Shown: positions 1 to 9,489 of the stretch, in pieces
Position numbering within the stretch: position 1 is the first letter of the stretch
Layout: each line of letters opens with the position of its first letter
NCBI GenBank assembly: GCA_977862235.1
Contig: OZ374561.1
Coordinates: forward strand, 186,001 to 250,000
Direction: 5' to 3'
Length of the DNA stretch: 64,000 bases
From: Dudresnaya verticillata
Lineage: Eukaryota
The notes under the pieces: model-generated
Database searches by the model: none
What the model was told of the DNA's origin: nothing
The model's input: only the letters and a program-made list of their open reading frames with translations
Made by a program: the position numbers and the translations under genes

Positions 1-3000
1 GGTTTGGCCACCAACGGAGTCCCAGAAAGGGGTGTCCTCATCCATTCTCTTCCCGACGACGGTCGCTGCCGTAGGTCTCCTCACCACTGGAGTACTGTTT
101 TTAGCGGCAATGCTAGCCCAACCAGTTTTCGTCCCTTGTGGCCGAGCGGCAACCCCCTGAGCGCTTCCAGAAGTTGCTGCCTCACGTGCCGTGTGAGAGG
201 CCTTTTTCTTCTTCTGTTCTTCTTCGATTTCCCTCAAGCTCATCGTCGGCTGCTTCGAAGCGTCGCCAGCACCACCCCATGGTTGCACATTGTGGTTCCA
301 ACGCACGGCTGGGGCCTTCGTGGCTTCCTCCCTCTCCTGATGCACTGGTGTTGTTCTCTCCTCCGCCTTGCTGCGGAGTTCTTCGCGCTGAATCTCTCGT
401 AGACTCAACCCATTGCTTGCAGTACTCGGCCCACTGCTCTTGCTCCACGGTGCGATAGTGGGGACTGTATCGGTGATAGAACGCCCTGGACTTACCGGAT
501 CGATCACAGAATCGCTAGCTCCAGCCTCGCTTGCTTCACTTGGTTTCGCCTCCGATTCAGCTTCTAGTCTCCCATTGGCCACATGACGCAACCCTGGAGC
601 AGCAGAGCTGGCATCGTCAAGCTCTTTTTGCGGGACTGCGTTTCCTTGTGCTAGGACGGCACTGCCACTGTCTTCGGAAGCTTGCGGACTTTCAACTGGC
701 TCCTTCCCATGTCTGGTAACCTTTTCCCAGCCATCACCAGCTGCAGCGGCGTCATACGCGCTATTCAGGTTCCGCCTCGTAGTGTGCTCATCATCTATGA
801 TGCGTTCACCATCACTCGCAACGTTTTTCTCAACTTCTAGAACAGCTCTCAAGGGATCTTGGCTGACGGGGGTACCAGTGGGAATTGCAGGGATGGGTCC
901 ATTGCCCACTGGCTGCTTCGGGGAATGCGTCTCGGACTTAGTAATGCTATGTGGTGACATCGTGCCATGCGATTCTGGGGATGGGAGAGACGTCTGGACC
1001 TGCAATTGTCTCTGCTGTTGTTCACGAGCCGCAGCGACTGCAGTTTGCTGCTGCATGATGTGGGCATGTGCGCTAGTAGCAAGGTACTTGATGCGATCCA
1101 TCTGGACATTGTGCTCTTTCATGGCTGTTTGAGTTCTAGCTAGAACCATTCTAGCTCTGTCATGTTCGATGGAGCCTGCCCGTGATGAGCCCAGTGTTGC
1201 TTGGGCTGTTTGAGCGGTCCGACCAAGTTCCATGTTTGCTCGAAAATGGGCATCGAACTGTACTTGCAATTGCGAAACTCGCTGCTTCCACAACCACACT
1301 GCATCCTGCGATTGCGATTGAGCCTGCGCTTGAGCCATAACGGAAGCTTGTTGAGCTGCAGCCCGAACGGCCTGTGCTTGCTGCATGTGTACCTGATTCT
1401 GAAGGTGGCGCTGCTGCGCCTGCACCTGGGCTTGTTGCTGGGCCTGCACTTGAGCTTGCTGCTGCGCCTGTACCTGAGCTTGCTGCTGCGCCTGTACCTG
1501 AGCCTGCTGCTGCGCCTGTACCTGGGCTTGCTGCTGTGCTTGGACCTGGGCTTGAAGCTGGGCCTGCCGATATGCTTCAGCACGCGCACGTGCCTCAGCC
1601 TGTGCGCGGACTTGCACCTGAAGCTGTGCCTGCTGCTGAGAAATTTGCGGCGCGAGGGGTACTTGCATGTTAGGATGCGTCTGCAAACGCTGCCTGCTCT
1701 CTAGAACAGAATCCCGAGTTGCAAGCACATTACCCGCATCTGCCCCAGCAGTGAATGACAACCAAGATGGCATTCCTGATGAATTAGCCCTCGGAGATGC
1801 ACCAGACGATGCCTGAACCGCAGAATGGGAGAAAGAGGCATGTGCTATGGCAGGATCAATGGCCATGAGATCTGGTTCAGTTGCGGGAGCGGGCACTGTA
1901 GGTACAGTTGGCGCCCCAAGATGCTGCTGCTGCAGCTGCTGCCTGTCCTGCGACTGCGGGTGAGCTTTCTGCGGCTGTTGCGGTTGCTGTTGCTGTTGCG
2001 GCTGCTGCGGCTGCGGCTGCATCTGCTGCTGCTGCAAACCCATCATCATTGTGTTCCACGTGCTAGCCTGTTCAGCACCAGAGGCTGGAATTTCTTCCCT
2101 TCGAACTCCACCGTTGCCCTCAAACCTGGACTCTGCGTCTAGCTTAGATCCGAGATCTCCACCAGTGCCGGATGAAGCAAGGCCCTTCATAGAACCGGCT
2201 TCCTTACTCAAACCACTGGCTGCCGCTTGCACTGTCGGGGGAATATCCACGCTGTCATCCTGTTTCATGATGGCAGCAAAACGACTCTGCTTAACCGGTG
2301 GTTCTGGTTTTAACATACCGGTTGATTGCATCTTTCCAAACGTGGTGGAACGCGCTCCTGCCGAGCCGTCATCCGCATGAATGTCACTTTCGGGCTTCGA
2401 AGTAGAGTTTCCTTCAGCGTTAGTCTGCTCCAGAGCTTTGCTGACTACATCATGTCCGTTTGCGTTCCTTGCTTTGGAAGAATCTTCATCAAAGAATGAC
2501 TTATCTTTTTCATCCAAGTGATCATCTTCAGATGCTGCATGGTTCTGAGCGTTACGTTTGTTGCGCTTCTGGATTCGCATTTTCTCCACTTCCTTGGCCA
2601 TGTCTTCAACGGTTCTCGAACCACGCCGATTGCGCTCTTCTCGAGACGGGCGCATGGACATCGGGGATGACGCACCTGCATTATCCTTCTTGCCTCCCCC
2701 CGTTCCGTTGAAACCAGGCGGTGGGGCGGCAACAGGAGGATCTTCCTTACGCATCCCGAATGCAATCGCAAGCGGCTTGAATTCACCGTTAGTTGACTTA
2801 CTCACGGGCAGTTCAGAGTCATAATATCCCTCTTTCTCCCACTGAACAAGCTGCGATGCAGTGAAGGGTCCTTGGGTGGCACCCTGCGGGTCGCGATAGA
2901 ACCAAATCCTTTCGTTGTCAGCCGAATCATCAGCCTGACTCTCGGGCTGCGGATCAGGAGCATTATGCTGACGAGACTCGCGGTGCTCTCGATCATGACG

Positions 3001-4038
3001 CCCCGTCGTAGAGTCCCTGTTGGAGCCCTTCGCAAGCACAGTCAGATCGCGCGTATTCGTCGGTTTCAAAGCTTCCTTATTGTTGCGGCTAAATAAACCA
3101 CCCTCACGACCAAACGTTGGGCGGTTTGTGTTGCTAAGGCCGCTTCCATGCGAAAAATGTGAGGAACTCATCAAATCTGAGCTAGACTTTCTCGCAGGGG
3201 CGTTCTGAGCACTAGTCGCAACCGAAGAAGAGTTCCCGGCGTTGCCAACATCATCGAGCGAAGAACCCGGGTACTTGGCTCCACCGGTGCTGATTCCTCC
3301 ACGCCAATTAGAATTGGAATCCGCACCTCCACGCGAAGAGCCACGACTCCAGTACGGCTGTGGGTGCTGAGAACCGGTCGGTTTCTCAGCCGGATGGCCA
3401 TTCGGGGAGGCGGCTCTGTCGGCAGTGGAACGCGGCTTTAACATCAAAGGGCGACGTTCAGACGTTGCTCCCGTTGTAGTCGGACGCTCTGCGGCAGCGA
3501 GCACAGCAGACCCAGACCAAAAGTCGCGACCAGACGAAGTAACATGACCGGACTTTTTGGAAGCGGCAGCAGACGGCGTAGACGATTCGGTAGCCGGGGG
3601 GGATGACGCGGCGGCAGGCGGCTGGGGATGGTCGCGACGCAGGATCGCCTCGACCCCCGGGCGCGGAGCTGGATTCGCCTGGAATCTAGTGCGCGGAGGA
3701 GAAGGCTCTGTAGCAGCAGCAGAGGCGTTTTCAGCAAGCGAAGAAACGCGTGCCGCATCGTCATTTGGAGCAATATTCACGGGAACTAGCGGTTCAGAGG
3801 AGGTAAGACCAGGAAACTCAGTCATGGTAGGCGGAATGGTAGCCGTACTTCCAGGCTCGTACAGGTCCAAGAGTTGGGCCTTTGTGTAGGCGATTCTCGG
3901 AGCTGTAGGCGACGCAGACGGGGCTGGAGCAGCGGAAGACGGGTTGGCAGAGGCAGGTGGGTGCGATGTATTTTTGGAGAGCGAAGTCCAACCAGGACCC
4001 AACTTGAGTTCCTGGGAATCGGTCGGTTTGGACGACAT
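1..4038 (-). CDS. GIGYF: GIGYF-like GYF-domain protein (4EHP/eIF4E-binding translational repressor), 3' end beyond left edge, >1340 aa
   Basis: Hand translation from ATG 4038: MSSKPTDSQELKLGPGW (cf. GIGYF LNFGPEW). eIF4E-type motif YTKAQLLDLY near 3860-3890. GYF domain WFYRDPQGATQGPFTASQLVQWEKEGYY near 2820-2905. Q-rich tracts, and PW..SLREIQ.EE / SLREIEEE motifs near 215-450. The ORF track lists no ORF in this frame, consistent with no stop before the window edge. Confidence 0.9.
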   Translation of the reverse strand, partial: MSSKPTDSQELKLGPGWTSLSKNTSHPPASANPSSAAPAPSASPTAPRIAYTKAQLLDLYEPGSTATIPPTMTEFPGLTSSEPLVPVNIAPNDDAARVSSLAENASAAATEPSPPRTRFQANPAPRPGVEAILRRDHPQPPAAASSPPATESSTPSAAASKKSGHVTSSGRDFWSGSAVLAAAERPTTTGATSERRPLMLKPRSTADRAASPNGHPAEKPTGSQHPQPYWSRGSSRGGADSNSNWRGGISTGGAKYPGSSLDDVGNAGNSSSVATSAQNAPARKSSSDLMSSSHFSHGSGLSNTNRPTFGREGGLFSRNNKEALKPTNTRDLTVLAKGSNRDSTTGRHDREHRESRQHNAPDPQPESQADDSADNERIWFYRDPQGATQGPFTASQLVQWEKEGYYDSELPVSKSTNGEFKPLAIAFGMRKEDPPVAAPPPGFNGTGGGKKDNAGASSPMSMRPSREERNRRGSRTVEDMAKEVEKMRIQKRNKRNAQNHAASEDDHLDEKDKSFFDEDSSKARNANGHDVVSKALEQTNAEGNSTSKPESDIHADDGSAGARSTTFGKMQSTGMLKPEPPVKQSRFAAIMKQDDSVDIPPTVQAAASGLSKEAGSMKGLASSGTGGDLGSKLDAESRFEGNGGVRREEIPASGAEQASTWNTMMMGLQQQQMQPQPQQPQQQQQPQQPQKAHPQSQDRQQLQQQHLGAPTVPTVPAPATEPDLMAIDPAIAHASFSHSAVQASSGASPRANSSGMPSWLSFTAGADAGNVLATRDSVLESRQRLQTHPNMQVPLAPQISQQQAQLQVQVRAQAEARARAEAYRQAQLQAQVQAQQQAQVQAQQQAQVQAQQQAQVQAQQQAQVQAQQQAQVQAQQRHLQNQVHMQQAQAVRAAAQQASVMAQAQAQSQSQDAVWLWKQRVSQLQVQFDAHFRANMELGRTAQTAQATLGSSRAGSIEHDRARMVLARTQTAMKEHNVQMDRIKYLATSAHAHIMQQQTAVAAAREQQQRQLQVQTSLPSPESHGTMSPHSITKSETHSPKQPVGNGPIPAIPTGTPVSQDPLRAVLEVEKNVASDGERIIDDEHTTRRNLNSAYDAAAAGDGWEKVTRHGKEPVESPQASEDSGSAVLAQGNAVPQKELDDASSAAPGLRHVANGRLEAESEAKPSEASEAGASDSVIDPVSPGRSITDTVPTIAPWSKSSGPSTASNGLSLREIQREELRSKAEERTTPVHQEREEATKAPAVRWNHNVQPWGGAGDASKQPTMSLREIEEEQKKKKASHTAREAATSGSAQGVAARPQGTKTGWASIAAKNSTPVVRRPTAATVVGKRMDEDTPFWDSVGGQT
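1411..1554 (-). repeat. Coding 24-nt tandem repeat (QAQVQAQQ)n within the GIGYF-like gene
   Basis: About 6 imperfect copies of ctgctgcgcctgtacctgagcttg on the + strand. Confidence 0.85.
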
Positions 4039-4761
4039 GGGTGAAGAAGACCTCGGGACGTGAAGCTACGAGGAGTTCGATTGGTGGGGAGTCTTTTCGC
4101 GTGGCGAAGAGACGGCAGGTGGGGAAAGCACAAGGCGACGCAAGAGAGCTGTGGAGAGGCGAAGAGCGCGGGAAGAAGAGGCGGAATGCTGAGCGGATCT
4201 GTTGACGTGGCGAGCGCGGTTGTTCTCGCTATGCAAGTATGTACTGTGCGGGAGGACGCAAGACGGGAAGGTGTCGAAAAACCGTCGGGGCCCCCGACGG
4301 TGCAGGCGGGGCCGCGTTTTCGCATGGGTATCCGTTCAGTGCCGCGATCACCGGACACCTGTCTTGACGCGTAGTTCTAATTGGTTGGCTTTTGGTGTGG
4401 CGGCCTCAACAATTCATGATGCGCCACTTGGCCTTCCGAATGGCTTCCAAAAACGGACCGCACTGTAATGTCAGAAAAAGTGTGTAAGCTTTGTAATTTC
4501 TTGCGGTGTAATGCCCCAATTGTAGAGTCAAGTCTCAAGCGAGAGCGCATTGTTCGTTGCGACAAAAAGCGAAAACTACCACATACACACCACCGTATGA
4601 TACTGTGCATCAATTCCGGCCTGCATGCCAGGCCCTTTTTGGCGAGTAAGCGGGGCCGCACCTGCTGCACTCCTCTTAGCGGTCATCTCAAGGCCTCGTA
4701 TCTTCGCCCGGGGGTGACGCACCATCACTACGGGCGCCGGGACTCTCACCATCCGCACAGC

Positions 4762-7260
4762 ATGCGCTTTTCGGAGACCCTTCGCTTCAATGCGAATCCG
4801 GACTGGTGGGTCTACTACATACCGTACGATGAGCTCAAGCTGCTAGTCTCCGAGCTGCAGGAGCTGCACAACGAGGTCTTTTTCTCGACCGCCTCCGCCT
4901 CCGCTACTCCTACCGGCACAGAATCCTCTACCCCACATGTCGATGATTCCAGCGAGGAGGAGCCGGACATTGAAGCTGCGCGCAATAAGCGCGTTCAAAC
5001 CATGACCCGTTCGGCTAGCCGCAAGGTCTTGGCTGACATGCGCGCCCACTCGCGCGCGGGCTATGGAGCCGCCTTGAAGGGGCTGCAGGCGGTGCCTGTG
5101 CGCCCGCTGTCAGAAGCTGCTGTATCCGAAGCTGACGAGGCCGTCGCAAAGCGTCGTTTCGAAGAGAGGGACGCCGACTTTTTTGAGAAGCTCGATAGGG
5201 ATGCCAACGTTGTCGATGAACTTTTCAAGCGCTTATGCAGTGAGCTCAAGGAAATCACCACGGAGATCCAAAATGCCGCTGTTAGATTATCTGCGAAGGT
5301 TGCCGCCCTGAATGGTGACACGCAGAATGTTGAGGACACCCCATTGCTCAGCTCGAACTTGCCGTCGTCCCCAGATTATGCCCATAGTCGGGAAGGTGTT
5401 GAGGAGGAACTGCAGTCCCTGCGCAATAGGATCATCGAGCATTACAAGGAGATTGGCGAGACAGTCAACTTTTCCACTCTCAACAAGACTGGCTTTGATA
5501 AGATTCTGAAGAAGCATGACAAATATACGAACCGCAACTCCAGAGCGGCATTCATGGCGAATCTGCTACGAGAATCACAGTTTGGGGACACTGCAGAGCT
5601 CGAGGGTCTTAAGATGCGGACTGAGCGCATATATGCAGACCTATTTAAGGACGGCGACACTAGAGTGGGAAAAGAGGATTTGCGCGAAGGATTGCGTGAC
5701 CTGATTATATGGGATCGTAATACTATATGGAGGGATGTCTTGCGAACGGAGCGAAAGGTCTCTGCTTTTCACTCGGTCAAGGGGGGGGGCAATGTGAACT
5801 TAAACGGCCTTGGGGACATTGCTGTGCAGCTCAAAATGTATCCAGCAGTTGCTGCTGCCACAGCTTTTATTCTCATTTTGTGCTTTCCTGGCATTGTCAA
5901 GGGACTTCAAGTGGATGGGACAGAGTATTCGAAGGAAGCCCTTGCCGCTGCGCATAGGTGCCTTGCTCTTGTTGCCTGTGTCGTGATACTCTGGGCGTGG
6001 GAAGGTGTGCCTTTGTATGTTGCATCCTTTATTGTACTCCCTGGTGTGGTCTTGCTGCGAGTGTTCCTCGATGAGAACCATATCCCACTTAGTCCGCAGG
6101 CTGCGTCAAAGGCGGTTTTTGCAAAGATGAGTTCACCGACGTTGCTTCTCATTGTCTGCGTATATACTTTGGGTGCCGCTCTGTCCAAATTTGAGATCGA
6201 CAAACTCGCAGCTACTGTGATCTTATCTAGGCTTCGGAAACCTGGTGCCTTGCTGTGTGCTCTGATGTTTCTGGCTGTTTTTGTGTCGATCTTTGTTAGT
6301 AATGTGGCTGCTCCTGTGCTCTTGAACTCCGTGATGATGCCGACGATTGATGCAATGGGCCACTCAGAAATGAACCGAGTTTATGTCCGTTGCTTGCTTC
6401 TGGGAATTATGGTGGGAAGCAACATCGGCGGATTTGCAAGTCCGATCTCATCACCTCAAAGCGCCGTTGCCTTGGGGCTATTGACCGGAGAGCATAAGAT
6501 ATCTTTTGCGAGTTGGCTGTTGGTTGCGCTTCCAGTTTGTGCTGCAATGGTTTTGACCTGCTTCCTGGCCATGTACATTTGGTACAAGCCACAGCGTTTT
6601 GCTCTCCCTCCCTTGCCTCGCTTCTCGGAAACATTGGGATGGCGACACTGGGTAGTAGTTGCTACCCTCGGTGTAACTGTGCTCATATGGTCTGTTCATG
6701 ATCTCCAGGATATCTTTGGCTCTGCTGGTGTCGTAGCGGTAATCCCTATTATTGTCTTCTTTGGCTCTGGGATATTGAAGAAAGAGGATTTCAACAATCT
6801 CCCATGGGATGTTGTGTATTTGGTAGCTGGCGGTGTTGTTTTGGGAGCTGCCGTCGAGTCTTGTAAGCTCCTCGATCTCGTCGCCGGACGGCTTACACAT
6901 TCCCTGGGGGGCAATGTGATCTGGTCCTATGCGGTATTCTGTTTGTTTATGGCGTTGGTGGCTAATGCGGTGTCTCATACCGTATCCTCCATCATTGTTC
7001 TGCCTTTGATATATCAGATTGGTGCTGATTTGGGACATCCGCAGCTGCTTGTGCTTGGTGGCACGTTTGCAGCGTCTAGTGCAATGGCGCTTCCGATCAG
7101 TTCTTTCCCAAACATCTCTGCGACCCAGGTAGAGGATGAGAAAGGAGAGCCATACTTGTCCACAGGCGAAGTGTTGAGAGTAGGGTCCGTTATGACTGCG
7201 CTTTCGACTGTGGTCTTACTAACTTTTGGGTATGTAATAATGTCCTGGCTTCTAGACTAA
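4762..7260 (+). CDS. SPX domain + SLC13/DASS permease (Pho87/Pho90/Pho91/PTC1-type phosphate transporter)
   Basis: SPX N-terminus MRFSETLRFNANPDWWVYYIPYDELK, lysine cluster LNKTGFDKILKKHDK, linker IIWDRNTIWRD, SLC13 motifs VSNVAA, SPISSPQ, VSHTVSS and ALPISSFPN, many TM segments. The true start is ATG 4762, not the track's 4468. Confidence 0.93.
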   Translation: MRFSETLRFNANPDWWVYYIPYDELKLLVSELQELHNEVFFSTASASATPTGTESSTPHVDDSSEEEPDIEAARNKRVQTMTRSASRKVLADMRAHSRAGYGAALKGLQAVPVRPLSEAAVSEADEAVAKRRFEERDADFFEKLDRDANVVDELFKRLCSELKEITTEIQNAAVRLSAKVAALNGDTQNVEDTPLLSSNLPSSPDYAHSREGVEEELQSLRNRIIEHYKEIGETVNFSTLNKTGFDKILKKHDKYTNRNSRAAFMANLLRESQFGDTAELEGLKMRTERIYADLFKDGDTRVGKEDLREGLRDLIIWDRNTIWRDVLRTERKVSAFHSVKGGGNVNLNGLGDIAVQLKMYPAVAAATAFILILCFPGIVKGLQVDGTEYSKEALAAAHRCLALVACVVILWAWEGVPLYVASFIVLPGVVLLRVFLDENHIPLSPQAASKAVFAKMSSPTLLLIVCVYTLGAALSKFEIDKLAATVILSRLRKPGALLCALMFLAVFVSIFVSNVAAPVLLNSVMMPTIDAMGHSEMNRVYVRCLLLGIMVGSNIGGFASPISSPQSAVALGLLTGEHKISFASWLLVALPVCAAMVLTCFLAMYIWYKPQRFALPPLPRFSETLGWRHWVVVATLGVTVLIWSVHDLQDIFGSAGVVAVIPIIVFFGSGILKKEDFNNLPWDVVYLVAGGVVLGAAVESCKLLDLVAGRLTHSLGGNVIWSYAVFCLFMALVANAVSHTVSSIIVLPLIYQIGADLGHPQLLVLGGTFAASSAMALPISSFPNISATQVEDEKGEPYLSTGEVLRVGSVMTALSTVVLLTFGYVIMSWLLD

Positions 7261-7649
7261 TACTAGGTGTACATATATGCTATGCTAACTGTCTATGAAA
7301 TAGAACGTGAATGTGAGTCTTGTTTTGGTTGACTCCAAGCTAAAAGTTCTAGGTTTCTCTCCTTGCGCACCTCCATGTGTGCTTCCTGTCACCCGTGACG
7401 ACATCTGGCGTCACCGGCAGGGGCTTTGGATACCCAAATCTAAAACTTGCGGGCGTGCTCTGCCTGCGGATGCATCGATTCGTTCGCTCAAAGCAAGAAG
7501 GTTGTCCGGATTCTTGATCCAGTAAGACTATGCCAGGTTTTCAGAAAGGCACACAGGCGTCGGGAATACCCAGTCTGCTCTGCTAAACTCCGCACAGGTT
7601 CCGCTGGAGCGGCTCAGATGCACGATGTATCACTCATACAAAGCCTGAT

Positions 7650-8906
7650 TCAAACAACATTCACGACAGCAGCTCCCCTCAGCCGTCCACGCTCTTGTAA
7701 TGCATGCGCAGCTGCAACTTGGCGAAGCTTAAACTCCTTACAAACTCGAACCAGTATTCCGCTTTTGACAAACTCCCCAACGACTTGCATTGATACGTCA
7801 AGTGCATGTGGCATTACCCAGCAAGGCTCGTTCCAGCACGCACAGCCGACTGCATGCAACAGCTCCGCGAACGCTATGTTGCGGATCTCAGCCTCCTTGC
7901 CCAGCGCTTCCACCCCAGACACGGCTATGAACCTCACCTGTGGTGCCACATCTCTTACTGCGTCCCTAAACACGCCCTTACCAGAAGCATCCACCACTAC
8001 GTCCGGTCGCGCTCTCTTTATCACTTCTCGTACTCGCACTAGCTTTCTGTCAAACACCTCACCAGCACCAAGTGTGCGCACAAACCTAGCGTTCTTCCCG
8101 GAACAAACCGCCGCAACATACACGGCTCCCATCCCCCTCGCCATCTGCACCACTACCTGCCCCACAGCACCGGTCGCGCCGAACACGAGCACCCGCTCCC
8201 CCGCCCTCAATTCGACGCACGCCAGCAATGCGGCATAAGCCACCAAAATCGGGGACGCCAATACCGCACCCTGTGCAAACGAAACGGTGTCGGGAAGGCA
8301 GCAAACGGCATGCAGCGGTGCGAAGGCGAGCTCTGCAAAGCTACCGTATCCGTGGGCCGGGTCGACCATTCCGAAGACGCGGTCGCCAGGACGTGGATAG
8401 GAGGGGTCTTCCACGGGGGTGCGCACGCGCAGAACGGTCCCCGCGAAGTCCCGACCGGGGATGCGCGGCAGACGGGCCGCGCGCAATCGGCGCGCTGTGC
8501 CGCGGCGCAGGTGCACATCGCAGGCAGTGACAGCTGCCGAGTGCACACGCACCAGGGCCGTGCGCGGCGGGAGCAGCGACGGTGACGGGCGGTCCACCCA
8601 GGCGATGCGCAGCGCGGTTGCAGGGCGACCGTGGCTGTGGATGTAGGCGGCTAGAACCTTGCCAGGTGGGGGCGGGCGGGAGAGGTGGAGGCGGGACCGG
8701 GCAGGGCTTGAGCAGGATGGTGGTTGGGATGGCTCAGACGAGGACGGGGAGCATGGGATGGTTGGGAAGGATGGGGATTGTGAGAGGCTTGGAGCGGTGG
8801 AGGAGAGCGAGGAGAAGGAGAGGCGATGCGGGGTTAGCGGGGGGGCGGCGATGGAGGCGGGGTTTGTTGTGGTGGGTGGTGGCGCAGGAGTGTAGGAGGT
8901 CCCCAT
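7650..8906 (-). CDS. MDR-superfamily NAD(P)H quinone-oxidoreductase-like protein (RTN4IP1/ceQORH-like)
   Basis: LVRVHSAAVTACD, PRIPGRDFAGTV, PGDRVFG, GSFAE, Rossmann motif VLVFGATGAVG. Ser/Pro-rich N-terminal extension; start uncertain. Confidence 0.8.
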   Translation of the reverse strand: MGTSYTPAPPPTTTNPASIAAPPLTPHRLSFSSLSSTAPSLSQSPSFPTIPCSPSSSEPSQPPSCSSPARSRLHLSRPPPPGKVLAAYIHSHGRPATALRIAWVDRPSPSLLPPRTALVRVHSAAVTACDVHLRRGTARRLRAARLPRIPGRDFAGTVLRVRTPVEDPSYPRPGDRVFGMVDPAHGYGSFAELAFAPLHAVCCLPDTVSFAQGAVLASPILVAYAALLACVELRAGERVLVFGATGAVGQVVVQMARGMGAVYVAAVCSGKNARFVRTLGAGEVFDRKLVRVREVIKRARPDVVVDASGKGVFRDAVRDVAPQVRFIAVSGVEALGKEAEIRNIAFAELLHAVGCACWNEPCWVMPHALDVSMQVVGEFVKSGILVRVCKEFKLRQVAAAHALQERGRLRGAAVVNVV

Positions 8907-9489
8907 TGTGGGACGTGTTGCATGTGCGTGGCGGCATGCTCGCGGGTGGGAGCGGTGGCAGTGGGGAGGGGGGGTGGGGGTTGTTGAAGTCCGCAGGAGA
9001 AGGAGGCCTCTGAGAAGTAGAAGAGGCAACGTCAGTCCTGACGGGGGGCGGGACTCGCGAAGGATGAGACACGCGATGGGCACGTGAGAAGAAGGTCAAG
9101 GTCCGGCCCGGACAGTCAAGATCCCGGCGGTGAGATCCGGATCTGCAGCCGGAATGGCTTGCTGGTGGGCGCTGATTGGATGGTGGAGGGCGAACAGCGA
9201 TGCCGGGCGTGTCAGCCAGATGGACGTCCAAATGTTGAAAATATGAAAATAAGCCAGCCTTAATTTTAATCCACGTGGTCCGGTCGCGTGCGCGCTCGAG
9301 TTCTTATTCTGTGAGCTGGGCGCTCGGCCGCGAACCGAAAAATTGCTCGCCGCCTGCACGCCTTTCGGTGAGCATCTCTACATCAAAACAGACTCTGTCC
9401 CGCACGCCGGCACCCGTGTCAAAGAGCCTCAGGCAGCCCGTCCCCACCCTCTCAGCCCGTCCCGCACCTCCCCGCCGCCGTCCCGCGCC

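Noticed and set aside
4..4468. Many short ORFs, including a Leu-rich repeat-like 1201-1704 (+)
   Set aside because: Antisense or off-frame shadows of the GIGYF-like gene; at first glance a possible retroelement, but no gag/pol motifs
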